Source: Oscillospiraceae bacterium
GTDB taxonomy: Bacteria; Bacillota; Clostridia; Oscillospirales; Ruminococcaceae
DNA length: 56,473 nt
Reading direction: 5' to 3'
NCBI GenBank assembly: GCA_017548485.1
Contig: JAFYZY010000175.1
Location: forward strand, 1 to 56,473
The notes under the pieces were generated by a model. The model saw only the letters and a program-made list of their open reading frames with translations, had not been told where the DNA came from and did not search any database. A program made the translations under genes and the position numbers. Below, one piece after another: positions 19,305-27,745 of this stretch. Within the stretch, counting starts at the first letter, position 1. Each line of letters opens with the position of its first letter.

Positions 19305-21019
19305 AAAAGAACAAGACCCTCCGCAGAATCATATCGATAACCGCAGTACTGGCAGTGCTGGCCGGGGCGATGTTCGGCGCCCGTGCGATGATCGACCGCA
19401 GGAGAACAATCCCGGTAGTGGCAGTGTCGAATATCGCGGATATGTGGTACGATACCGGTTCCTCCGGATACGGACAGATCAGCCAGGGAGGGGTGCAGCA
19501 GGTCTGGAATGATTCCGGAAAACTTGTCAGCCAGATCTATGTGTCGCCCGGAGACAGGGTCAAGAAGGGCGACCCGCTGGTCCAGTATGATATCTCGGAA
19601 GCCCGTCTGGAGGCGGACAACTGCCGCATACTCTATGAGATGGCAAAGAGAGACCTGAACAAGGCTCAGGAGAGACTGGAATACATAAATACGTTCAGAC
19701 CCAACGAGAGACCCGAGCCGGTCCGTATGATATTCGAAGAGCCGGTCGATATTGCCGGCATAAAGGAAGGCGGAGGCCTTGATATCATTTCCGGAAGCGA
19801 CTCGGTAGAAGAGGTCCTCCAGGACGGCAAGGCACTCTACATCATCAACATCAATACATTTACACCGATAACGAAGAGGACTTTCGAGACCCTGCTCTCA
19901 TATGATCCGCACGCAGAGAATCCTGAACCCGACTTTGAAGAGGACCCGGAAAACTATTCTGAAGGCGAAGAAGAAATCCAGTCGGAAGAACAGGCCTCAC
20001 CCTTGAATTTCTGCTTCAGGATATGGGCCAATTGCGAGGATATGGACAGCGTCCAGATCGCGACAGTGACTCCGTCCATGGACGAAGCGGCAAGGACTCC
20101 CATTCAGGGATGGTTTGCGGAGAACGGGTGGGCCGAGACCGGCGATGAACAATACTTTTTCTTCTCAGACGTGTACAGCGTCGATGAGATGACAGGAAAC
20201 GTAGAAGAGAAGATCAGTGACCTCATAGGGAAGGTATTCGCCTTCAAGAAGGAGCGCTCCAACGCGCAGATCCCTGAGACCGAGAGGTATTCTCAGAGAG
20301 AGATCGACAGAATGATCAGGGAACAGAATGACCTGATAAGAGAACTGAAGATCGATGTCGCGCAGGCGGAACTGAACTGGAGAGAGGCAAAGCAGTCCTC
20401 CGGCGACGGTATCGTCAGGGCTGCCCATGACGGGATCGTCATGAGCGTGGGAGATCCGTACGACAGCTACGGAGGAGAGCCTTTCATACAGGTCGGAAGC
20501 GGAGAGGGCTACCAGATCGTAAGCACTCTCACGGAGCTGCAGCTCGGCTCGGTAAAAGTCGGGGACACCATCACCGTCAACATGTGGTCGAACGGGATGA
20601 CCTACAAGGGGACCATCGTAAAGATCTCCCCGTATCCCACCGACAACAGCATGAGCTACTACGGCAGCGGAAACGTGTCCAATTACCAGTTCATCGCGGA
20701 CCTCGAATGCGAAGACGAACTGCAGACCTGGGACGGAGGAGAGATCATCCTTGATTCCGCCTCTGACGGGAAGGAAGTGTTGTTCGCGCTCATGTCGGCT
20801 TATGTCGGAGAAGAGGGCGGCAGGAATTATGTCCTCAAGGCAGGAGAAGACGGCAGGGTATACCGTCAGTATGTCGAGACCGGTAAAGTGGTCTACTCGG
20901 GCTGGTACGTTGAGATAATCAGCGGACTGTCGCTGGATGACTATATCGCGTTCCCGTACGGGAAGAACGCAGTGGAAGGTGCAAAAGCGGATTACGATTC
21001 CGGGGTGGAGAAATGGTGA
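19301..21019 (+). CDS. efflux adaptor (membrane-fusion family) protein 2, with a large acidic insertion
   Basis: N-terminal TM, lipoyl-like halves VSPGDRVKKGDPLVQYD and AHDGIVMSVG, beta-barrel VKVGDTITVNMW...GTIVKISPYP. An insertion of about 200 aa includes ENPEPDFEEDPENYSEGEEEIQSEEQ. Confidence 0.65.
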   Translation: MKKNKTLRRIISITAVLAVLAGAMFGARAMIDRRRTIPVVAVSNIADMWYDTGSSGYGQISQGGVQQVWNDSGKLVSQIYVSPGDRVKKGDPLVQYDISEARLEADNCRILYEMAKRDLNKAQERLEYINTFRPNERPEPVRMIFEEPVDIAGIKEGGGLDIISGSDSVEEVLQDGKALYIININTFTPITKRTFETLLSYDPHAENPEPDFEEDPENYSEGEEEIQSEEQASPLNFCFRIWANCEDMDSVQIATVTPSMDEAARTPIQGWFAENGWAETGDEQYFFFSDVYSVDEMTGNVEEKISDLIGKVFAFKKERSNAQIPETERYSQREIDRMIREQNDLIRELKIDVAQAELNWREAKQSSGDGIVRAAHDGIVMSVGDPYDSYGGEPFIQVGSGEGYQIVSTLTELQLGSVKVGDTITVNMWSNGMTYKGTIVKISPYPTDNSMSYYGSGNVSNYQFIADLECEDELQTWDGGEIILDSASDGKEVLFALMSAYVGEEGGRNYVLKAGEDGRVYRQYVETGKVVYSGWYVEIISGLSLDDYIAFPYGKNAVEGAKADYDSGVEKW

Positions 21020-22308
21020 GGAACAGCGGTTTCGGTGAAAACATAAAACTGGCGTTCAGAGGGATCTTCACCCATAAGATGAGATCCTTCCTGACGATGC
21101 TCGGCATCATCATCGGAATAGCGGCGATCATCGCGATAGTGTCGACTATCAGGGGCACGAACGAACAGATCAAACAGAATCTCATCGGAGCGGGAACGAA
21201 CAGCGTGACCGTCTGCATAAAGCAGAACGACTGGGAGTATGAGTTCGATTACATGAGCGTTCCGGACGGGTTCTATCCCGTGTCCGAAGAATCGATGGAA
21301 CAGATACGCAGCCTGCCGGGAGTGAGGTGCGCGGCAAGATACCTCAGCAGGAAGAATTCGGCAAGCGTTTACTACGGCGCCGTGTCACTGGACGGCTGCG
21401 GGGTCATAGGTGTTGAGAACGACTACTTCACCGCTGCGGGTCTTCAGCTGATAAAGGGAAGACTTTTCGGCGAGCATGACGCAAGCTCGTTCTCAAAAGT
21501 CGCAGTGCTTGACAGATCCGCCGCGAAAGCTCTATTCAGCAGCGAAGAACCTATAGGCAAGACGATAGAGATCGGCAAGGAAGTGTTTCTTGTCGTTGGA
21601 GTGATAGACACAGAGAGCAGTTTCCGCCCGTCTATAGAGAGCATGGAAGACTACTACACCTATGTGGGAAACACTTCCGCAAAAGTGTACATTCCTCTCG
21701 CTGACTGGCCGATACTCTTCCGGTTCGACGAGCCGGAATCGGTCATTGTCAGATGCAGGGATACGGACAGTATGACCGATGTGGGAAGAAAGACGGCCGA
21801 TATACTGAACAACGCTCTTGGTATCGGAGAAGTGACCGACAGCAAGAGCGGAGAGGCAGATATCAGATACAAAGCGGATGACCTGCTGGAACAGGCAAAA
21901 CAGATCCAGGACCTGAGCAGAAGCACCAACAGCATGCTCATCTGGATAGCGGGCATATCTCTGCTGGTTGGAGGCATTGGGGTAATGAATATCATGCTGG
22001 TCTCTGTGACAGAACGCACGAGAGAGATAGGCCTCAAAAAAGCGCTCGGAGCCAGAAAGAGGGTAATACTCAGCCAGTTCCTGACTGAGGCAGCAGTACT
22101 GACCAGCGTAGGAGGAATCCTGGGGGTCGCAGTAGGCATCGCGCTTGCCTACGTGATACAGTTCATAGCTCAGGTCCCGGTGGCCATAAGCATACCCGCG
22201 ATAGCGGTGTCGGTGCTGTTTTCAACGGCGGTGGGGCTGATCTTCGGGCTTCTTCCGTCGATACAGGCCTCAAGGCTGGATCCCATAGAAGCGCTGAGAT
22301 ACGAATGA
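21013..22308 (+). CDS. ABC transporter permease, MacB-type (periplasmic MacB_PCD domain plus FtsX 4-TM domain)
   Basis: N-terminal FRGIFTHKMRSFLTMLGIIIGIAAII, a large extracytoplasmic domain, and C-terminal TERTREIGLKKALGARKRVILSQFLTEA, the typical FtsX/MacB motif. Confidence 0.9.
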   Translation: MVRNSGFGENIKLAFRGIFTHKMRSFLTMLGIIIGIAAIIAIVSTIRGTNEQIKQNLIGAGTNSVTVCIKQNDWEYEFDYMSVPDGFYPVSEESMEQIRSLPGVRCAARYLSRKNSASVYYGAVSLDGCGVIGVENDYFTAAGLQLIKGRLFGEHDASSFSKVAVLDRSAAKALFSSEEPIGKTIEIGKEVFLVVGVIDTESSFRPSIESMEDYYTYVGNTSAKVYIPLADWPILFRFDEPESVIVRCRDTDSMTDVGRKTADILNNALGIGEVTDSKSGEADIRYKADDLLEQAKQIQDLSRSTNSMLIWIAGISLLVGGIGVMNIMLVSVTERTREIGLKKALGARKRVILSQFLTEAAVLTSVGGILGVAVGIALAYVIQFIAQVPVAISIPAIAVSVLFSTAVGLIFGLLPSIQASRLDPIEALRYE

Positions 22309-22325
22309 CGGACATCACTGCATGT

Positions 22326-22365
22326 GCTCCGCTGCCGCAGGATCGGCAGCGGAGCAGCTTTTTCT
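22326..22365 (+). terminator. intrinsic terminator of the ABC operon
   Basis: 12-bp perfect stem GCTCCGCTGCCG / CGGCAGCGGAGC with a 6-nt loop, followed by AGCTTTTTCT. Confidence 0.85.
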
Positions 22366-22470
22366 GTAAGAACCTGCAAATAGAAGCGGTTAATCCGCAC
22401 AAATCTGTGTATATTATTTGTCAGCGCAGGAATATACTTTTAGTGCAAGAAGAAGGAAGGAGGTACCGAA

Positions 22471-22893
22471 ATGCTCAAGCAGCACAATGAGATGTACGGC
22501 AGCGACGACTGGCTCGCCAGCGAGATCAGACGCGAGAGCAGGATATCTGCGTGGGACATGGACGGAGGAAGGATCCTCAGAGAAGAGCACGAAGAGAACT
22601 GCGATGCGAGAGAGCTCAGGACGGAACACGCGCTGGACTGCGAAATGCAGGAAGTCGCTCAGGAACACCGGATCGAGCATATGTCGAGAAGGACCGAACA
22701 GGCATTCAGCCGCACAGCGAGACCAGCAGCGGAGCAGCATAACAAAGATGTCATGACTCCGGACAAGAAAAAGGCGCTTGCCATAGTGATGGGTCTGTTC
22801 ATCGTGACGATCCTCGTACCGTACCTCGCGTTCCTGATCCCGCCGGCCGTGATCGTCCTGCTGATGATCGCAGCAAAGAAAAAGAACCGTTGA
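22471..22893 (+). CDS. small tail-anchored membrane protein, unknown function
   Basis: Strong RBS GAAGGAAGGAGG before the ATG. Charged, E/H/R-rich soluble N-terminal part and a C-terminal hydrophobic stretch ALAIVMGLFIVTILVPYLAFLIPPAVIVLLMIAA followed by KKKNR. Confidence 0.55.
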   Translation: MLKQHNEMYGSDDWLASEIRRESRISAWDMDGGRILREEHEENCDARELRTEHALDCEMQEVAQEHRIEHMSRRTEQAFSRTARPAAEQHNKDVMTPDKKKALAIVMGLFIVTILVPYLAFLIPPAVIVLLMIAAKKKNR

Positions 22894-22925
22894 CAACTGT
22901 TGTTGAAGAATAAGGAGAAAGAAAA

Positions 22926-23822
22926 ATGGATCCTGTAGTAGTAATCGCAATAATCACTGTAGTAATAGTACTGGCCATATGGATGCTGGCGACCTGCCTG
23001 TGCATCGTTCCTCAGGGAAGCACCTGGGTGATAGAGAGGCTCGGAAGGTATGCCACCACATGGGAAGCCGGACTTCACCTCAAGACCCCTCTGCTTGAGA
23101 GAGTGGTGCGCAAGATCTCCATGAAGGAACAGGTCGCGGACTTTGAACCGCAGTCCGTCATCACGAAGGATAACGTAACGATGAACGTCGACTCGGTAGT
23201 CTACTTCCAGGTGATCGATCCCAAAGCGCTCACATACGGAGTGGAGCGTCCGATAGCAGCGATCGAGAACCTCTGCGCAACGACGCTGAGGAACATCATC
23301 GGCTCCATGACGCTCGATGAGACCCTCGTGGGCCGCGAGACCATAAACGCGGAGACCATCAAGGTGCTGGACGAAGCCACCAACAAGTGGGGCATAGACA
23401 TCACGAGAGTGGAAGTACAGAACATCACGCCTCCTCTCTCCATCCAGGAAGCGATGGAGAAGCAGATGAAGGCGGAGCGCGAGAAGAGAGCAGTCATCCT
23501 CGCAGCGGAAGGTGAGAAGCAGTCGGCTATCACCAGGGCGGAAGGCGAGAAGGAGTCAGCGATCCTGAGAGCCGACGCGATCCGAGAGGAGCGCATCCGC
23601 ACCGCGCAGGGCGAAGCGGAAGCGATCGCTGCAGTAGCCCAGGCACAGGCCAGGGCGATCGAGATGATCAACCAGGCACAGCCCACCAAAGAGTATCTGC
23701 AGATCCGTTCCATGGAAGCTGCCGAGAAAATGGCTGACGGCCAGGCCACCAAGATCGTGGTGCCCTCCAGCCTTCAGGATGTCGCAGGCATAGCAACGCT
23801 CTTCAAGGAGACGACCCGCTAA
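22926..23822 (+). CDS. SPFH/band-7 (stomatin/paraslipin-like) membrane protein
   Basis: N-terminal TM, then CIVPQGSTWVIERLGRYATTWEAGLHLKTP, DSVVYFQVIDP and an Ala/Glu-rich C-terminal coiled coil, as in QmcA/YbbK-type slipins. Confidence 0.9.
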   Translation: MDPVVVIAIITVVIVLAIWMLATCLCIVPQGSTWVIERLGRYATTWEAGLHLKTPLLERVVRKISMKEQVADFEPQSVITKDNVTMNVDSVVYFQVIDPKALTYGVERPIAAIENLCATTLRNIIGSMTLDETLVGRETINAETIKVLDEATNKWGIDITRVEVQNITPPLSIQEAMEKQMKAEREKRAVILAAEGEKQSAITRAEGEKESAILRADAIREERIRTAQGEAEAIAAVAQAQARAIEMINQAQPTKEYLQIRSMEAAEKMADGQATKIVVPSSLQDVAGIATLFKETTR

Positions 23823-23843
23823 ACAGGCGAACCTAATAAGCAG

Positions 23844-23876
23844 GGCCCTTCAGACACAGTCTGAGGGGCCTTTTCC
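23844..23876 (+). terminator. intrinsic terminator
   Basis: GGGCCCTTCAGA / TCTGAGGGGCC hairpin with one mismatch, followed by TTTTCC. Confidence 0.7.
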
Positions 23877-23901
23877 GTGTTTCTGTATTAACAAAGCTCG
23901 G

Positions 23902-23930
23902 TTGAAAAGGAACGTGACGAAAGGTATAAT
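23902..23930 (+). promoter_or_regulatory. near-consensus SigA promoter
   Basis: TTGAAA (23902-23907), 17-nt spacer, TATAAT (23925-23930). The TTG used as the ORF-track start at 23902 is the -35 element. Confidence 0.65.
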
Positions 23931-23973
23931 TACCTTTCAGGAATTCACCCTTAAGGAAGGTTTGTTTATATTC

Positions 23974-25059
23974 ATGAAATTCAGAAAGATCGCAGCATTG
24001 CTGCTTGTTTTCACAATTAGCCTGACCCTCTGTTCCTGCGGCTACAATCCCAAGACAGTGGGGACCGTCACTGATCCTGAAGGCAACAAGATCGATATTA
24101 CGTGCGGACAGTATCTTCTCGTACAGTATGAGACTGTCGTGAGCCTTCTGAACTCTGCCGGAGTGTCAGGTCAGATCGATCTCAGCAAGCTGATGGACAC
24201 TGAGTACGGGGACGGAACGGTCAGGGACTTTATAAGATCCAGCCTGCCCGAGGCGCTTCTCAGAAGAGCGGTCGTGGACTATCTCTATGACAAGGCCGGC
24301 CTCGGTGACGATGTCGCGACGAAGATCTATTATGACAACTATGTGCAGAGCAACTGGGCTTCGGACAGCAGTTCCTATCTCCAGAACGGGATAGGGTTTG
24401 AGAGCTTCAAGGTCTATGAGATGCAGATGCTGAAGGCTGCACAGCTTCCCTATGACCTTTACGGGAAGGGAGGAGAGAAGGAACTGACCGAAGAATATGT
24501 CAATGAATTCATTGAGGAAAAATGCGGACGGTTCACATATATATCTCTTCCGTACAGGAAGGTCATGGGAGTGGAGCTCACCGACGAGGACAAGAAAGAA
24601 CTGAAGTCCTATGCAGAGCAGATCCTTGCCGCCTGCGAGGAGAAAGGCGTTCCGGCGCACGGAAGCGCCAAGAGCGTTATAGCCGCGGCAGCGGATGAAT
24701 TCTATGTCAAATACCAGAGCATGCTCGGATACGAACAGGACATGGAGTCCATCACATACGAGAACCAGAGGAGAGTCTTCGGGGACGGGACATTCACGGA
24801 CGCCCAGTATGAACAGATGTTCAAGGCGCAGCCGGGAGAATTCGTCCTGGTAGACGGAGGAGACGGCCTCTATATCATAGCTTACAGGACGGAACTCGAT
24901 CCGGAAGCGGACACATATGACGAGCTGTATGATGAAGCGGTAGCATATGTAGCCGGGCAGGAGTTCCAGGATTACATTACAGAGAAGGCGGAAGGGTTCA
25001 GCATAGAGCTCGACTCCAAAGCTGTCGAGTACTACAGTCCTGACAAGATCGTCTTCTGA
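23974..25059 (+). CDS. lipoprotein of unknown function
   Basis: MKFRKIAALLLVFTISLTLCSC signal peptide and lipobox at the re-called start 23974. About 340-aa mature domain without motifs I recognise. Confidence 0.6.
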   Translation: MKFRKIAALLLVFTISLTLCSCGYNPKTVGTVTDPEGNKIDITCGQYLLVQYETVVSLLNSAGVSGQIDLSKLMDTEYGDGTVRDFIRSSLPEALLRRAVVDYLYDKAGLGDDVATKIYYDNYVQSNWASDSSSYLQNGIGFESFKVYEMQMLKAAQLPYDLYGKGGEKELTEEYVNEFIEEKCGRFTYISLPYRKVMGVELTDEDKKELKSYAEQILAACEEKGVPAHGSAKSVIAAAADEFYVKYQSMLGYEQDMESITYENQRRVFGDGTFTDAQYEQMFKAQPGEFVLVDGGDGLYIIAYRTELDPEADTYDELYDEAVAYVAGQEFQDYITEKAEGFSIELDSKAVEYYSPDKIVF

Positions 25060-25103
25060 AAACTATATCGGCATACTCCACAGTCATCAGGAAAGGAGAC
25101 AGT

Positions 25104-25694
25104 ATGGAGAACAGAAATAATAAAAAGTCTCCGGCCAAAGATATCGTGATGGTCGGACTGATGACGGCACTGGTGTTCATCTTTACATATCTTCACATAG
25201 ATATACCCACACCGCTGTCAAATACTATGCTGCATCTCGGCAATGTCATGAGCCTCCTTGCTGCGCTTCTTTTCGGAGGTATCAGAGGAGGACTGGCCGC
25301 GGGATTCGGATCCATGATCTATGACATGCTGGATCCCAGATATCTGCCGACCTGCTGGGTGACATTCATCATGAAATTCATGATGGGATGGGTAGCGGGA
25401 AAACTCGCAGAGAAAAACACAAAAGAGGACAATCCGAGATATGCGTTCTCTGCGGCATGCGGCTCCCTGACATACGTTGTTCTGTATGTCATCAAGACAT
25501 ATATACAGAACAGACTGATCCTCGGGTATGAGGCTGAGACAGTATACGCCACCATGCTGACCAAGGGAGTCACTTCCCTGGCGAACGGCATAATCGCCGT
25601 GGTGTTCGCAGTCATCCTGAACGCCGCAATAAGACCGTCGCTTAAAAAGGCCGGGATCATAGAGACGCCGGCAGACGAAAAGAACAAAACATGA
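25104..25694 (+). CDS. ECF-transporter S-component-like integral membrane protein, substrate unknown
   Basis: About 6 TM segments with the small size and pattern (DIVMVGLMTALVFIFTYL...GNVMSLLAALLFGGIRGG) typical of ECF S components. No EcfA/EcfT genes are adjacent. RBS AAGGAG. Confidence 0.55.
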   Translation: MENRNNKKSPAKDIVMVGLMTALVFIFTYLHIDIPTPLSNTMLHLGNVMSLLAALLFGGIRGGLAAGFGSMIYDMLDPRYLPTCWVTFIMKFMMGWVAGKLAEKNTKEDNPRYAFSAACGSLTYVVLYVIKTYIQNRLILGYEAETVYATMLTKGVTSLANGIIAVVFAVILNAAIRPSLKKAGIIETPADEKNKT

Positions 25695-26197
25695 TAAACA
25701 TCGTGCTTCTGGAGCCGCAGATCCCTCAGAATACCGGGAATATCGCAAGGACGTGCGCCGCAACAGGGGCACGTCTGCATTTAGTGAGGCCGATGGGGTT
25801 CACCCCTGACGACAAAAAGCTGAAGAGGGCGGGGCTGGATTACTGGCACCTGCTGGATATCACCTATTACGACAGCACATCGGAGTTCTTTGAGAAAAAC
25901 AGCGGAGAGATGTTTTTCTTCTCGACCAAGGGAGAAAAGATCTACAGCGACGTAGAGTATCCTGACGGATGCTACATCGTTTTTGGCCGGGAAGACAGGG
26001 GGATCAACGAGAGGATACTGTCGGAGCATTATGACAGGTGTGTGAGGATACCGATGCTGGATGATGATTCCGCGAGAAGCCTTAACCTGTCGAACTCTGT
26101 CGCCGTCGCGGTTTATGAGATCCTCAGACAGCACGGCTTCAGAGGGCTCAGGACAGAAGGCAGGCTCACCGGAAGAGATGAACCCGAGATAGTATAA
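25691..26197 (+). CDS. trmL: tRNA (cytidine/uridine-2'-O-)-methyltransferase TrmL (SpoU/TrmH family)
   Basis: MINIVLLEPQIPQNTGNIARTCAATGARLHLVRPMGF and the C-terminal SLNLSNSVAVAVYE knot motif. About 165 aa. Confidence 0.9.
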   Translation: MINIVLLEPQIPQNTGNIARTCAATGARLHLVRPMGFTPDDKKLKRAGLDYWHLLDITYYDSTSEFFEKNSGEMFFFSTKGEKIYSDVEYPDGCYIVFGREDRGINERILSEHYDRCVRIPMLDDDSARSLNLSNSVAVAVYEILRQHGFRGLRTEGRLTGRDEPEIV

Positions 26198-26236
26198 AAG
26201 ATCAGAAGAGAAGCAGAAGGATCCGGAGGATCGCAC

Positions 26237-27199
26237 GTGGCAGCAGGCAGGACAGACCGCAGGGCAAAGAAAAGGAACTATGAGAAGGACCTCTTCAGGG
26301 CCGAGAGAAACAGCGTGACCGACATCGTCACCGCGCTGATCCTTTCGCTTGCCTCCGCTGCCGGCACAGTCCTGTTCTGGACTGCGGAAGATCTGCCTGA
26401 ATGGGCAGACACGTACAGATATGCCTTCCTGTCCGCAGGGATGTCGCTGTTCATCTATTCTCTGATGAAGTTCTTCCTGGCGGTATCGGAGAAGAGGGCG
26501 TGCAGGTCGATCAGAGAAGGTTCCGTGTATGCGGTCAGGCTTAAGGCGGAGCAGCAGAAACTGATCAGCAGGATTCTGTCGCGGCAAAGCGTCCGTGAAC
26601 ATTTCCTCTGCTTCTTTTTCATCCTGGCAGTACTAACTGTCATCCTGGTGCTCTCCTATGTCAGGACGGGCAACAGCAGTTCGCTCATAGTACTGGCTCT
26701 AGCTTCTGTGCTTGCCTTTGCGGTAACACTCATCTCATATATTCGTGACATCGTCAGAACTGCTTCTGCAGACGGATTCTGCACGGTGTCAGGCAACGGA
26801 ATAATCCAGGCCGGGAGGGTATTTCCTTTCAGCGCGGCCGACGGCGACGTGTCGGAGCTGATCAGGTTCAGCGACTACTACTCGGTAAGGTTCATCACAC
26901 CCGGTATCCTGGGTCTGCTGGTCAAAACTGATTTTCCGCTTCCGCGTCGCGGAGCGGTAAGCAGAGAACTCATCGGGGCAGACGAAGAATCTGTCCTGAC
27001 GGCAACGCTGAACCCTGCAAGTTACTCGGAAACAGAAGAAACTTACAGACATCTGCCGTTTGGAAAGGAAAGCAGGGAGACCCCTGCGGAAGAGGCTGAG
27101 ACGGTCGTGATCGACGAGAGCCTCCTGCTGCGCATCGCAGCTTATGCAGCGGCAGTGATGCTCATAGCAGCCGTTGTGATCGCAGCGAATATATCCTGA
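26237..27199 (+). CDS. multi-pass membrane protein of unknown function
   Basis: GTG start 7 nt after RBS GGAGGA. About 4 TM segments, a soluble middle region and a C-terminal TM (IAAYAAAVMLIAAVVIAANI). No known motif. Confidence 0.5.
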   Translation: MAAGRTDRRAKKRNYEKDLFRAERNSVTDIVTALILSLASAAGTVLFWTAEDLPEWADTYRYAFLSAGMSLFIYSLMKFFLAVSEKRACRSIREGSVYAVRLKAEQQKLISRILSRQSVREHFLCFFFILAVLTVILVLSYVRTGNSSSLIVLALASVLAFAVTLISYIRDIVRTASADGFCTVSGNGIIQAGRVFPFSAADGDVSELIRFSDYYSVRFITPGILGLLVKTDFPLPRRGAVSRELIGADEESVLTATLNPASYSETEETYRHLPFGKESRETPAEEAETVVIDESLLLRIAAYAAAVMLIAAVVIAANIS

Positions 27200-27217
27200 A
27201 ACTGACAGAAACGATAA

Positions 27218-27248
27218 AGCCCCGCGGCATTATGTATGCCGCGGGGCT
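27218..27248. terminator. bidirectional intrinsic terminator
   Basis: 12-bp perfect stem AGCCCCGCGGCA / TGCCGCGGGGCT with a 7-nt loop and A/T-rich flanks. It lies between convergent gene ends at 27199 and 27264. Confidence 0.8.
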
Positions 27249-27263
27249 GTTCCTTTATCAGAC

Positions 27264-27737
27264 TCAATCCTCCGCGCTTAGCCGGAAGCCTTCCGAAAAT
27301 GAGCCGCTCAGGACGAAACGATATACTGTTCCGGGCAGAACATCGAAAGGACCGTAGTCACACGGGTCGCAGAAGCCGACTCTTCCGGCGAGAGACTCTA
27401 TATCCATGTGTTCCAGACTGTCGGCAAGCATGAATGATACAGACATTTTCTCCGGCAGTCTGCCGTCAGGAAACATAGACGGATCAAAGATAAAACTGGC
27501 TGTCTCATTCCTGCCGTACCGGGATCCGTCTGCATGGGATGAAGCCGTGCCGCCGCAGAAGGTGTCTCCGGCCCAGTATTCGACAGCGACCTGGTACACA
27601 TCATCTTCAGTCTCGAAACCGACTGACAGAATGATCTCATCAGGACCTGCTGAAGGTCCTCTGCCGGCGCAGCAGCTGAGCATTACGGAGAAAGAAAGGA
27701 TAAGCAGCAGAAGAGCGATCGAACGGACTTTTCTCAT
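27264..27737 (-). CDS. small lipoprotein of unknown function (last gene of the HTH/DUF2975 operon)
   Basis: Re-called start 27737 preceded by AGGAGG. MRKVRSIALLLLILSFSVMLSCC signal and lipobox. Confidence 0.6.
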   Translation of the reverse strand: MRKVRSIALLLLILSFSVMLSCCAGRGPSAGPDEIILSVGFETEDDVYQVAVEYWAGDTFCGGTASSHADGSRYGRNETASFIFDPSMFPDGRLPEKMSVSFMLADSLEHMDIESLAGRVGFCDPCDYGPFDVLPGTVYRFVLSGSFSEGFRLSAED

Positions 27738-27745
27738 AGTTCCTC

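Noticed and set aside
23902-23973. N-terminal extensions proposed by the ORF track: 23902, 8384, 10074, 10069, 27908, 29816, 44077, 45889, 48343, 48383, 54928.
   Set aside because: Each extension lacks an RBS. Each also either overlaps a promoter or terminator element (the TTG at 23902 is a -35 box, the ATG at 45889 lies inside a terminator hairpin) or precedes an internal start with a strong GGAGG RBS and a canonical N-terminus or signal peptide.
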